Below are positions 18,977 through 31,621 of a DNA stretch of 64,000 nucleotides, in pieces (position 1 is the stretch's first letter; each line of letters begins with the position of its first letter). This DNA is from Eledone cirrhosa. Lineage: Eukaryota. The DNA is taken from NCBI GenBank assembly GCA_964016885.1, contig OZ024740.1, positions 296,112,001 to 296,176,000 on the forward strand, in the 5' to 3' direction. The position numbers were made by a program, and so were the translations under genes. The notes beneath the pieces are model-generated. The model saw nothing but the letters and a program-made list of their open reading frames with translations. It searched no databases and was not told the DNA's origin.

Positions 18977-19467
18977 TATGTAAAGACACACACGCACGCA
19001 TGCGCGTTAATTTGATTACTAATGAGTAGAATTGGTGGTTTTGGTAGGTAAACCATGATATAACAAATCAAACAAAGCACTCAACGTTATGCAAGTCATC
19101 CATCGTAGATGTGGTTGGTGCAGAAACGGAGTAAAGTATTTATTAAATAACAACTGAAGGCCGGACTGGAAAATATGCTTTAGAATTTTATTTCCGTGAA
19201 ACCACGATACATATTTCAATGACCCAGCTCCATCATCCAATTATGATGCAAGGCAGGACGATCTCATCAGGCCGCATCCTCAGAATTACTTAACAGGGAT
19301 ACGTTGAAGCCAAGCATATAATGAAGATAGGGAAAAGAAATTAGAAAATTGAAATTTTGATTCGGGGACTGCTTGCAATAAGGCCCCGAGAACTGCCTCA
19401 TACCAATATAACAGAATTGAAATAGAAATAAAGGCGTCGCCATAACATTGACTCCGTAATATAGATT

Positions 19468-19643
19468 AATAATTGTTTCTACTTTTGGCACAAGGCCAGC
19501 AATTTTCCAGTGTATTACTGGTACTTTATTTTATCGACCCCGTAAGGATGAAAGGCAAAGTTAACCTCGGCGGGATTTGAACTCAGAATGGCAAGGGCCA
19601 TAACTCTATGCGTCAAAGCATGGCGTCCGACCCTCTACCGATA
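19468..19643 (-). mobile_element. SINE (short form) with TSD atagaYtaataat
   Basis: Family core present. Flanks atagattaataat and atagactaataat. Confidence 0.88.
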
Positions 19644-19747
19644 ATAGACTAATAATGGGATGTATAAACCCACTAAATGGAAAAAGATGGTTATCAGCAA
19701 ACCCGCTCAGTGGGTTTATACACCCCATTATTATGTAGTCAATAGTA

Positions 19748-19935
19748 GGGCGGTGGATTGGCAGTATCGGAAGAGAGTCGGACACCATGCTTTGCAGATA
19801 GAGTTAAGGTTCTTTATGATCTGAGTTCAAATCCCACCGAGGTTAACTTTGCCTTTCATCCTTACGGGGTCGATTTAATCGACTTTCCTCTCCCCCAAAA
19901 TTGCTGGCCTTGTCTCTAAATAAGAAACCATTATG
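19748..19935 (+). mobile_element. SINE (long form, with an internal deletion)
   Basis: gggcggtggattggcagtatcgg (A box), gagttcaaatcc (B box), tail gctggccttgt..gaaaccatta. Confidence 0.88.
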
Positions 19936-21363
19936 CAGACGATACTTCTATTTCTATTTTCTACTCTAAAGCTTTGCTCGCGGCGTTCCAAACATATCTC
20001 CTTAATTTTAATTACATAAAATAATGATATCGTTTAGTTTTTTTTTTTTAATATAATACCAAAATTAAGGTATTTTTATGTATGAGCAACTTTTATGTCT
20101 TCCCGATCTACCCGATTTCTCTACTTCGTTTTCAATTTCACAAATGTAGAAAATGATAATACTTACAAAGATAGTTTATCGCAAAAAGCAGCAGTGTTTT
20201 TGTCACTTATAAATGTAAAAATTTGCTTTTTCACAATTCTTGTAGGACCAAGTTGCATGTCTTTGTTCTGGTCACTCCTAATTTCTGTCAGTTTCATAGC
20301 TGTAGATTTGATCAAATCTTTCTCCAATAGTATGTTTGTTTCAGGCAATCAGTCTGCTTTTCCTTTCAATATTATATACATGAGTGAGGTTCTGAGAAGT
20401 CTCTCTCCCACTGCAATCATTAAACCCAAATATTTATTTTACTTTTGATCCAATACGGAAAATGTTCTCCAGTTTCCCAACCCACAGCCTAAAGCAATAA
20501 TCCGGAACAGGTCTTCCAGAAAACGTTAACGTTTTGTTCTAAATATTTTCAATACTCTGCCTTCCTGATGCCTTGAATTAACAATACATATCCAACATAT
20601 TCTTAATGACATTGAGATCTCTGTTTATGTATGTATGCTATGTGCTAGAGGAATTATAACGTTGTTTGTGTAATTTTTCTACCTTGCTTTCAATGTTATC
20701 GGCTTACGATATCTGTCTTTTTAGAAAATTCCTTTTTTACGAATTAGTAAAAGGAGGGTCCCCGAGAATACTGGACGGAAGCTATACTTAGACTGCAGGG
20801 CTTAGATTCAATGAATGCTAACAACAGAGCGGATTCCACAACTGGCACCTGTTAGCTAAGTAGTGCTGCTTAACCGAGCGATGAATATGGTGTCCTTGTC
20901 ATCATAGTTAAGGGCAATTAGTTCAATAACTGGGGATACACATCTGATTTATTACAAACAATCAGGAACCCAAGACGTTCTCTAAGGCACTCCACTCAAA
21001 TGCACTAATGAGAATAACATTTACACTTGATACAGCAGCACCAAATGTATAAAGCAGCTGGTGGGAAGGGAACCGTTCTTGGCCTGACTTTTCTATAAGG
21101 ATGTAAGCAGTTCCTTTCAGATAATTCCCTCTATCACTAGGCTAATATTTAACGTTAGATCAGCATGCCATTTTTAGCATGTTTCAGACTTTCCAATCTG
21201 TATATGTAGAAACAACCATACGATTTTTGAGTGATGAGGTTTACTTTTTCAAGGTAGTTTATTAGTTATATTTGAAGTACTTTAAATAAGTATTTTTTTA
21301 GAGATTTGACGGGCCTCATGCTGAGTTGAGTTTTCTTACATATATTTTTTATTTATATTGATA

Positions 21364-24300
21364 CTAGCAGTTTAGCCCGGCGTTGCTCGGGTTTGTTCAT
21401 TTGCTATGAAAAGTTACATACAGGTGAACGTGGTTTGAAAGCGAATAAGCTTATCAATTAAGTGCATAAAGCAGTTGAACCGGTTATTAAATGTTACGAA
21501 CCAATTAGCATTTGGGTCAATCAATGATGGGTTAATAATCTTCCAATAGCGAATTTAGTAGACCAAAGTTGCAATATGGTGGCCGTGATGCCGCTGGGTA
21601 TCAGATCTGTCCGCCGTGGGATACCCTACCAGGAAATAGTGTTCCAGACGGCATAGCTCCAACACCTGCACCAACATCTATAGCACCTCTTTGTAGACGA
21701 TATTGCGTGTCATCCCTTGAGGAGAGTAAGCAAAAAGTCCATTCCTGCTCCCTGCGCGGGAACAGGCAACATAAAGTTGGCCATGGGAGAAGCTTGGCTC
21801 CCCCAAATGGATGCCCGCCACCGACAATGTTTGCCCTTGTGACTTGTTAATGGACATAGCAAAACATGGTCTCACCGGGTATTGGGATCGCCGGAAATCG
21901 AACGGGATATCTGACGCCGAGGGGAAAAGGTTCATCCTTGGAATGAAAACATTCTCCCCTCTTCCGCACCCCGTTACAATGGTGGCCTCAATCAAGTGGG
22001 TGTCAGTGACTTGACGACCATGCGAGTACCGTTGCACTGCTTTGGTGGACGCAAGTTCCTTATTAGCATAATGGGACAGCCAACCCTAAGCTTAATAATG
22101 CGAGGTGGGAGCCCTGGGGGCTCAAGGAGATTTAATAACTCAACCGGATAATTAACGATATCGTCGGGGTCTGATTTGAAGATGTGCTCTTTACCGGGAA
22201 TCTTCTCAATCAGCTGCTCGTTAATAAAATTAACCATGGTATTTTTCGGAGCAAGGATGGCTCTTTCGCTGAGCCAATCGAGGTTTTTAAAGTTAGATGA
22301 GACATTAGGAAAAACTGCTTCCCAAAGGTCAGAAGGGCTGCTCACAATGTTGCACAGGGTGTCGATTGCTATGCCGCCCTTGTCACCCGCAGGGATCTTG
22401 CCCTCACCAAGTGCTAAAATGTTCTGTGCTGCAGACATGTTGTCACCATGTAAATGAGCACGCATATTTGTGCTCGGGTACAAACTATTCACCTGGAGCC
22501 ACAACATGGACGACTTAAGACAGGCACGCACTTCATCAGCTCTTGTCCATTTGGGGATGACAGGCAGAGTTTTCCGAAAAGCCCCTGATAGCAGAAGGGT
22601 TACGACACCCATAGGAGCCGTAGAATCCCTAATGTCTTTCCGGTCCTTGTCCAATGCCTCAAGGGCACCCTTGTGTGCCATTGTGCACTCATCCCAAACA
22701 ATGAGGCAACATCTTTTGAGAACCAGAGCTTTTTGTGAACTCTTGCTGATATTGCATGTTGGTGTCTCAGTTTTTACTAAATCCAAAGGGAGTTTAAAGG
22801 TTGAATGTGCTGTCCTGCCTCCCGGCAGCAAAGTAGCAACGATCCCGGACGATGCACCGGACAACGCAACTTTTTTCTCCTGACGAATCTTAGCGAGAAT
22901 CAAATTCGTCACAAAAGTTTTTCCGGTACCCCCAGGAGCGTTTTTTATTGGGGAGATCAGGGGGTTTTTTTTTTTACCTTGAGGTATAACCAGTCAGTAG
23001 TTCCTTCAAAAGCTCTGGCGGTTCCGTAAGAGGGGGCAAGGTGACCTTACCGTTTAAGCAGCACATTGCAGGTGGCTCCCCAGCCCACTTTGTAGCATTG
23101 CAGAATTGGCAATTGAAGCGCATCTCGCCTATATTTATGTCAGAGCGCATCGAGTAATTAACGTTTTGCTCATACTTGAAAGCCCGTAGGTGCCAGTAAG
23201 GGCTGTTGGGGCTCGTCACACCGCGTGCAGCTTCTCGCCGTCGACTGTTACGCTTGAACGTAGAACATTGGTCGTGTGGTTGGTGGGAAGGTCTGGCAGC
23301 AATAGCAGAAGCAACATTTGCAATGCTAATGGACCGCCCGTCTGCATCTTCAGAAGCCATCAAGTTCGTAGGAAGGCGAGCCGTCCGTTGTTTTAAACGT
23401 TCCAAAGACCTGGAAGCAGCATTAGTCGCATCGTTTCTAGCCAGGCGCTTCGACCTTTGTTCACGGTCTCTGAAGCCCTGGAAGAAGCCTGGTATGAAGC
23501 CATTTTGGCTAGGCGTGCGGTGCGCTGTTGGAAACTTTCAGCGGCTCGACATTCTGCTGAACGTAAGGCTGTCTGTGAAAGTCTTGAAGCATTTTCCTCA
23601 GAGGACTCGTTTGCTATAGTAGCCTTTTGCGCCACTGCTGACGCGGTATGTCGACTGAGGCGACTTCTCTTTTTAGGTGGCATTTTATGTCCAAAAGAAA
23701 GGGTGAAAGTTACTTCTGCAGAAAAATTGACTTTGAAAGTATAAGGCTGATAATTGAATGTAAAAAGATTGATAAGAAAGGCCCCCCCAAAAAAAATTTA
23801 CAGGTATTTGTATGTATGTGTGTATTTTTATGTCGAAAATAAAGGGTTAAAGTTCCTTATACAGAAAAATATAGTTTGAAAGTGTAAGGCCGATTGAAAA
23901 ACTTAGTTTAGTAAATGAAAGTCAGCTTCGAAATGGAGTTTGAACGCGCTAATACAAACACACACACATATACCCGTCTTTTAGTGTGTCTGTTTGTTTC
24001 TCTTTATCATTATATCCCTCTTTATCCTTATATGCTATTGTTATTTCTAAAACAAACTGTGTATGCGTTGATTGATTGAAATTCCCGCGTTCCTGTTTCT
24101 ATGACGTCAATCGTAACCATACCAACATATATGTGTGTGTATACACCCACATATATGTGTGTATATGTTTTTTTTCAATGTTTCTCTTTTTCACAAACAC
24201 TTATAAGAGAAGGTAGCAATTTTAAGGGGAGGTGATGAAGGGAGTAGATATAGGAAACGTATATCATATGAGAGAGGAGAAATCATTTATTGTTGAAATA

Positions 24301-24474
24301 AATCGATTTTTCCGTAATTGTGGCATTTTTAAAAAAATAAGTTCGCCCATGACCCAAGTTAGAATATTTGTAAACATTCTGCTTAATTATTCATTCAATA
24401 TTTTTGGAATTGTGTAAATGTATAAAATTTAAACATACATACAGACACAAACATCTGCCTTTTATAGATAATGA
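21364..24474 (-). mobile_element. Helitron, non-autonomous, Rep domain deleted
   Basis: On the minus strand it starts TC (24474) and ends with the hairpin cccgagcaacgccggg, 8 nt, then CTAG (21364). It sits in an A|T site with no TSD of its own and contains RepHel fragments. Confidence 0.93.
21678..23683 (-). pseudogene. Helitron RepHel remnant: N-terminal repeats and Zn finger fused to a Pif1-family helicase; frameshifted
   Basis: CQFCNATKWAGEPPAMCCLNGKVTLPPL Zn finger, Walker A APGGTGKTF, IVWDECTM, PIMLIRNL, FAMSINKSQGQTL and FSHGQLYVACSR. No HUH Rep motifs lie between the Zn finger and Walker A. Confidence 0.93.
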
Positions 24475-24477
24475 TAT

Positions 24478-25023
24478 ATCGAATAACGTTACTTCAAACC
24501 CTTCGGAGGAACCCCATTTCGGCCGCATGTATTAGCGATCGTATTCTTTCGGTCATTACACAAAATTCATGGCCATAGGTAAGGGTTGGCATGGATACCG
24601 AATTGAATATAGTGAGTTTGGCTTTTACACCAACCTCCCTTATTCTGATTACCGAATGCTGAAGCTGGCACATAACTGCATCATCTCCAGCAATTCTTGC
24701 ACTTAATTCAGCCTCCGACCTTCCATCACTCGTGAACATGTAGCGCAGAGATTAGAGAGTCATTCCAGGTAAAGTCGCTACTTCTCCGAATTGCGAGATC
24801 ACAGTTCCGATATTATGGGCATATGATTAGAATGTCTCAGGAAAGAATCGCGAGACAGATTTTACGAGCAAAATCAACTGGCAGGAGACCCAGGGGGAGA
24901 CGCCATGCAAGATGAGCTTGGCTGGATCCAGCCGGCTAAGTTGGAGACGGTTGCTTCTGGAAGGAGTGTTTGATGACTCTGCCCCCACGACTCTCTCAGA
25001 AATAAGTGGACGAATACAAGATG
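24478..25023 (+). mobile_element. Rex3/Expander-like RTE LINE with a 5' inversion (24478-24739 inverted, 24740-25023 forward)
   Basis: Minus piece FTSDGRSEAEL..PTLTYGHEFCVMTERIRSLIHAAEMGFLRRV. Plus piece SAEIRESFQVKSLLLRIARSQFRYYGHMIRM..TGRRPRGR, with a 3' end ccccacgac..ataagtggacga..gatg. Confidence 0.9.
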
Positions 25024-25418
25024 ATATTGATATATGCTTAATGCTTGCCACATCCGTATGCACAGATAGTTTCTGTATGGTAAAACAAGTTTTGTTGTTC
25101 ATTCTATATTTCACTTGAGTATAATGCTCGTTCTTCCTTTCAAACAATGCTTCTACTTTTCGAGCAATAAAACTATTTCTTTTGCAATCTGTAGAATTTT
25201 GTATAGCTCTGGTTTCCTTTATTTCAGTTTCGTTGTCGTGAGAGGATTTCATTATGTTTTCTGATTTACATTCTTACATTGCTATTGTATTTCTTGCTCT
25301 CATTGGTTTGACATTTTAATCGATTTCAGACCTTTGTTCTGGTGAGAATTTTTCTATCCCTGATGATTGTAGTTCTAAGGACTTTGGTAGTATTTCTATG
25401 AGTATATATATACATGTG

Positions 25419-25745
25419 AAGCCACGTGGTTTGGTCGTTACGGTGTTCGGCTTATGATCATTACGTTGTGAGTTCGATTACCTCTGAAATATTGTGTTCT
25501 TGAGCAAGATACTTTATTTTACATTGTTTCGGTTCACTCTGCTGTTTAACATGGACTCTACCAATATTTTAAAGGGCCAGCTATGCCACCCGCTGTAAAC
25601 GCTGAATCTTACTGAAATCGACATTAAGCTAACATGTATCCATGGAGCGCTCAGCCACTTGCATATTAATTTCCCTATCGGGCTGATCCATTGATCGAAT
25701 CAACCGGAACACACGTTGGCGGAAGCGATGGAGGTCCAACGCATA
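25419..25745 (+). mobile_element. tRNA-derived SINE of a third family, decayed
   Basis: A-box-like gtggtttggtcgtt, B-box gagttcgatt, then tgtgttcttgagcaagatact (CORE/V-SINE-like motif). Confidence 0.55.
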
Positions 25746-25789
25746 CGAATGTACGTATGAAAATACACGCACATATATATGACTTTAGT

Positions 25790-26500
25790 ATATGCAAAGG
25801 ATTAGAAGGATAATGTTAAGTATTAAGAAACTCTCGAGAAAGCTGGACAGCAGAAATTCTTCAAAGAAGCCCCTCACCCCACTTCATTCAATTGTTTCGG
25901 TCTTTAACATTCTCAGGGAGCCCGGCCAGATCTAGGTCATGACTCCCGGGTGCCCTTCTGTTGTCACATTTTAGCCGGTTGGAACTTCTCTCTGTTGCTT
26001 TTACTTTCAAACTTATATTTAAACGATTTCTTGAGTTGAGTTAGAAAAATAACGTTGTTAGGGATGAAATGACAACACCTCGACCATGACTCACTACAGT
26101 TACTTCCCTTAACATACATTTAAATTCTCAAATGCTGAGGTAACCTTGATTTGTTTATTGAGATCACGTTTCCCCGATGTTATTCATCTCTTGCTGACGT
26201 TTGGATTTCTGAGGAGGCATTTTCACTGTCTTACTTCATATGTGTCCCTACAGATTGTATAAAAAATGTCTTAGGAAGTGGCTAACATGTGTTTCAGAGT
26301 ACTCTTCCTTGTGCCTTAAGTTTGCAGCGTCTGGTATAAAGGGCTTGTAAAAATTCCTCGTCTCAATCGAAAGCGTTGATGTCATTTACACTGTGATTTG
26401 ACTCCTGATCTTGGTTTTCTGATGTCTTGTATACTAGAGCAATGCGTTGCTGCTCATTCAGCAAAGTCATCATACAGCCTCTTTTCGTACTGAGGTCTAA
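25790..26500 (-). mobile_element. Possible Penelope-like element 3' remnant
   Basis: Weak. The minus strand gives QDIRKPR..FYKPF..RHKEEY (GIY-YIG C-terminal-like) and a gaccgaaac terminal-type motif. Confidence 0.25.
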
Positions 26501-29500
26501 CGCACACGTATGTGCGTATGAAACTATTCATGTATACATACGCGTGCACACGTGAATACACATATGGCTTTAATATATATGTAAAAGGATCAGAAATGGA
26601 TATATTTATCTATCTCGAGGTGTCTTTTCAAACTTTCAGTAATGATATGTTAGTTTCTGAATTGAAATATATTTTCACAGCAAAAATTCATATAGTAAAC
26701 AAAGCGAGAGATAAGGAAACTAGTGTCGGGAAGCTTCTGATTTCTATTAAGTTTCTATAACAATTTTTAAAAAGTCAGGAGTTGCTAAATAGTTGAAGCT
26801 CTGCGACAAGATTGTGATATCGGATTTTAACTATTTTACTTACATTTCTAATGCTTTTAAGAAAGGCATAACATTCGCGGCAATCATCATTTTCTTTCTT
26901 TTAAAATCTTTTAGAAAACAGGAGTGGGGATCGTTTTAGTATGAGAGGTAAATTGCAAGTATATAAGACTGCCCGGAGTATCTCTGTGCTGAGAAGAGTA
27001 AGAAATCTTTAATTTTGGCAATTCATACTATTTTAGTATTAAGGATGAACGTTTTTTTTTTTTGTTTTTTTTTTTTTACTATGAGATTTTAAAGATTTCG
27101 TTAACACGTTTCAAATTTGAATGCGGATGAAATTTCGCCTGCGGATAAGGGGTCCTCGCCTCAGATATAGTGTATTTTTTAAGCGACACTAAGTATACAT
27201 TCCAAAGCACATCATTTACTTAAATCATACTTTGAAGAGGAAAGAAACATTGTACTATTTGTACATATCCATGAAAAGACGGAACAGTTATGACTGGAAT
27301 GCGTTTGATTACATGTCTGCTCAATTAGGCTAAATATCGACTACATTCCTGTCTCCTGTGAATAACTTGATGCATTACTTCCGACCTTCTGCAACCACAC
27401 ATGATTAGTGGTTTACTCTCCCTTCCCTATTATACCAATATCGGAAGCTCCTCCAAAGCATATGAGCATTAATCTTCCACCTAAATTAGTAAGACGCCAT
27501 GACGGTCACAGCAAACAACTATTAGATAAAGTTATTCTTTGATTAAAGTGTGAAATAAAAGGTTTTTAAGGATTGTCTACTTGTCGGCAGTTTTTCAAAA
27601 TCAATGAATCCTTTTATATAATTACAAGCAACATTTTTCAGAATGTACTTTTATTCCGTTGATACCGGAAAACTCACACGGCAAAAAACAAAATATTTTC
27701 TTCTGCTAAAATATTTATTTTTGGCCACTTTGTTGCTAGACCTGCTAGAAACAGCGGTCAAATTTTCCCTTAAATCACACCTAGATATCCCCAAAAGGAC
27801 GAGATTTTTACGACTGGAATGTCTTTCATTATGTCTACTAGATCTAAACTCATTTTCATTCGAGATTTGTTTATATTTTATAACTTTCTACCGAATAGTG
27901 GAGGCTTTGTTGTCACCTGCCTTTATTGTTTTACTGTTTGTCTCTGTTAAGAAATTTCCCGTGAAACTTGGGATATGTTGGCTTAAAGGTAGTCATTAGA
28001 CGTCAAATAGAATGCTTTGTGGTATTTGTTCCGGATGTCTGCGCTCTAAATTCATAATCTGCTGAGGATAATTTTACCTTTCATTCATTCGAGGTCGATA
28101 AATAAAGTACCAGATCAGTCCTGAGTCAATTCTTTCTCTATATCACTTTTTCACTTCTCTCTTGCTCTCTTTCATTCTCTGGCAACAATCCTTTATCTTG
28201 ACAGCTAGAGAGGGATGAGCTCCACCGGGTTTAAATGTAACGACGGTCCTCCTACGACCTCATAACGAGTTAAGTACACATGCCATTGTAATTTATATTT
28301 ATTACTAAGGGCATGTTTTCCAGGTGTGGGTTGAATAAATGGATTTTTAAGTGGCGGACAAAGCACGTAAATACACATATGTATGAAAACATAACTTCCC
28401 GTGGAGTCTTAGGGGCACTGTAATGACATATGGTGTTTCTTGGACACTGAGGAGGGACATGCCCTCTTCAGCTCTGAACTCAGCCGATTTCTTCTGAGGA
28501 GGTAAGAGAGTGTCAGTAAGTAAGAAAAAGATAGAAGTATAGGCCCTAGTACTGAACTGGTACTTTTGTTGTCGACCGCGAAAGGAATTTGAACTCAGAG
28601 CTCAGTGAGCCGGAACGAATATTCCAAAGCATTCTATCCGAAGTTCTAACCACTCTGTCGATTGTCTGCCTAAATACACATCAGCAGAACCTAAATCTGG
28701 TTTCATATTGCTAATCTGATGAAATAAATCTCTGGAGATATCGGAAGAAAATATGATGCGTGTTAATTTCTTCCCGAATTTTTTCACACAGTGAAATACT
28801 TGCAGACGATTTCAAATTTATGTCGACTCGTTATCTAGTAGTTTAATATTTTATTTAATCGCCATATGGCATGTGGGTTGAAGACTCTCAATGCTTCAGA
28901 TAAAACATCTTGGAGTATTTGCTTACGTTCTGTGCTCAAATCTTGCCCATGTTCACTTTGCTATTTACACTTCCAGGGGAGTTAATGTTATCTATTATAC
29001 CCTAGAAGGCTGTTCTCCAGCATACCTACAGTTTAATGGCTGAAGCCAGTGAATAACTATTTTTAATATGAAATATTCAATAAAAGAAAAATACGTTAGT
29101 CTCCTAAACGTTTAACAGTTAGCGATATTATCATTTATAAAGAATTTAGATATGTAACCAAGAGTCTCAATTTTGTCTGATGCTATTATCCGTCAAACAT
29201 TTCCGGTTCAAGTCTGGTAGACTGGAAAATTTACGTTGTTTTACTTTTCCGCTCACTCCTTTAACTCATTCTTTGACAATTGTAAAGAGACATACCTATT
29301 TTACAATCGGATAAATGCCAATGGCAAACGTTAAGGACAACGTAATGAACAGAAGCGAAATATTTTAATGAATTCAACGCCCCCTATTCGCACATATTTT
29401 TTCCTTCCTTACTAAAGAAAAGCAATAAGCTCTACAATGGGAGTATTTAAAGTTCTAATAGGCATCATGTAATACAAGGATCCCATTCATGTGAACTCGC

Positions 29501-29911
29501 AGAACAAGGATAACAGAAGAAAGAAAAAAAGAAAAAGAAAAGGGAAAAACACGCACAGTCACTATTTGCCAGTAGAAGATATGTGAATGATCGTCAATCC
29601 TATTGATGTTAATATGAATATTTAGTTGGGTTTGAAGGCGCCATATATCTTGAGGGTGAGACACTGCTCAAAGGTAACGTATTTTATGCTCAGGTTAAAC
29701 ATTTTTTTCTTTTATTCTATCACAGAGCAATATTTGTTGCTATACAGATGGCGGGAAACTACGCACTATCATACATACATGCATTCATGAATGTAACCAT
29801 GAAAAATGTGAATAGAAACTGTTTCTTTCCCACGCTCCGCATTAATAGACGCATAATCAGTTTATATTGAAACACGATTCATTAAAGCTTTAAACTATAC
29901 ATTCTCTCTCT

Positions 29912-30127
29912 ATATACGATAATTGTTTCTACTTTAGGCACAAGGCCAGCAATTACCCAGTGCATTACTGGTACTTTATTTTATCGACCCCGTAAGGATG
30001 AAAGGCAAAGTCAACCTCGGCGGGATTTGAACTCAGATCGTAAAGGGACGTAACTATGCTGGAAAGCATGGCGTCCAACCCTCTACTGATACTCCCAATC
30101 CACCGCCCTTTATAGATATACGATAAT
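29912..30127 (-). mobile_element. Full-length SINE (short form) with a 12-bp TSD
   Basis: TSD atatacgataat at 29912-29923 and 30116-30127. Confidence 0.92.
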
Positions 30128-30727
30128 ATTACCCAGAATTCACTGTTATAAACTCTTTATTGCTAGGAATTCAGCTAATTTAATATTTTCTTTCTTTGTC
30201 GTGCGGAAACAACTTCCGAATTTAAATTACACATAACATTTCAAATTTGACTTATGTCAATCGAATTTTCGCTATATATTTCGTTGGACAACTTCTCATA
30301 TTTAGTTTGTGATGTTTTATATATATATATATATATATATTTAATTCATGATCAAAATGTATGAAGGAAAATCTGCGTTTAAAACTAGTGCATAAGCTAT
30401 CCCCTTTTTATCTCCCTTCCTCTTTCAACGCATATATCACGAGGCTTGCAGTTAGGCTAGAATTTAGTTGGACATAATACGCACGAAAGTGTTGGAAGTA
30501 TATTGTAAAAGTTTCCCGGTGGAAAGATTAACGTTAAGTGAACCAAGACAGATTACATGCTGTTTGCATGCTGTTTAAAACAAAACCTTTAAACTGTGGA
30601 GTGTTTAAAATTCCCTTCATCGCTATGAAACTTTCTACTTCGTAGAGAATAGATTTAATGTTTTAAATATATAAAGTAATTAATAGCTGTACTTTTATAA
30701 TAATGACCTACTAAGAGATCTGCAGTT

Positions 30728-30769
<42 letters not shown>

Positions 30770-31578
30770 CTCGTTAACATAATAGACTACCTGTCATATA
30801 GATACTGGATTGTATATACTTGACAAGTATAGCTTGTGTACACTTGTTTAGTAAAGGTATATCTTATTAGTGACACTCAAGTCATTTTTATAATTTTTTT
30901 TCCTAAATAAATAAATCTGACATGTTGAATTACTTTGAGTATTAAAAGTATTATGCTGAAATTATCTCGGATTTTCTTTTAAGAATTAGCTTTGCAATCC
31001 GGATACACTTATAAAAGATTTATGTGTTAAGCTGTGAATGAAATGGAGTGGGCACATATAAATTTATGATCGCAAAAACACATGACAGAATACACTCTAC
31101 ATATTCGCTGAATAAGGGGTTTTACAGAAGTCTTTTGTGTGGTAGTCTACAGTTCTGCATGTGATCCTTATAACACAATTAGCTCATAAGTAATTCTCCC
31201 ATGGTAAAGAGTGTAAACGTCTAATGTGAATTAGTATGGGCAAAGTGTTTCTAGCAGCAGGCCTTATAAGATATGGCTCATCATAAACCGACCCAGATTA
31301 CTTAAAGAATAATTTAATACTATACAGAGTATACCATATATGGAATATAATATACATAGTATATCATATATAGTACAGAAGATATCATAACAATATATTA
31401 ATTGAACCTAACCATTATGCTAAAAATGTTAGTAAAACATTATTTATATAAACATGGCATTGCGTCTACTATACACAGAGGGGATCGGAGCAAGTGTCGC
31501 AGGTTTCCGATGTCTGGATTATAACAGTGATGATTACATTTAGTTTCAAATACACCCCCCCCCTCACTCTCATATATA

Positions 31579-31621
<43 letters not shown>

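Noticed and set aside
19748-19840. tRNA gene suggested by A and B boxes
   Set aside because: These are SINE heads with no cloverleaf, followed by the SINE core and tail.
22941-22958. 17/18 match of the Helitron junction (ttttttattggggagatc) to satellite monomer B at its inversion junction
   Set aside because: Low-complexity match, better explained as an inverted piece of the helicase coding sequence. A Helitron-satellite link is not supported otherwise.
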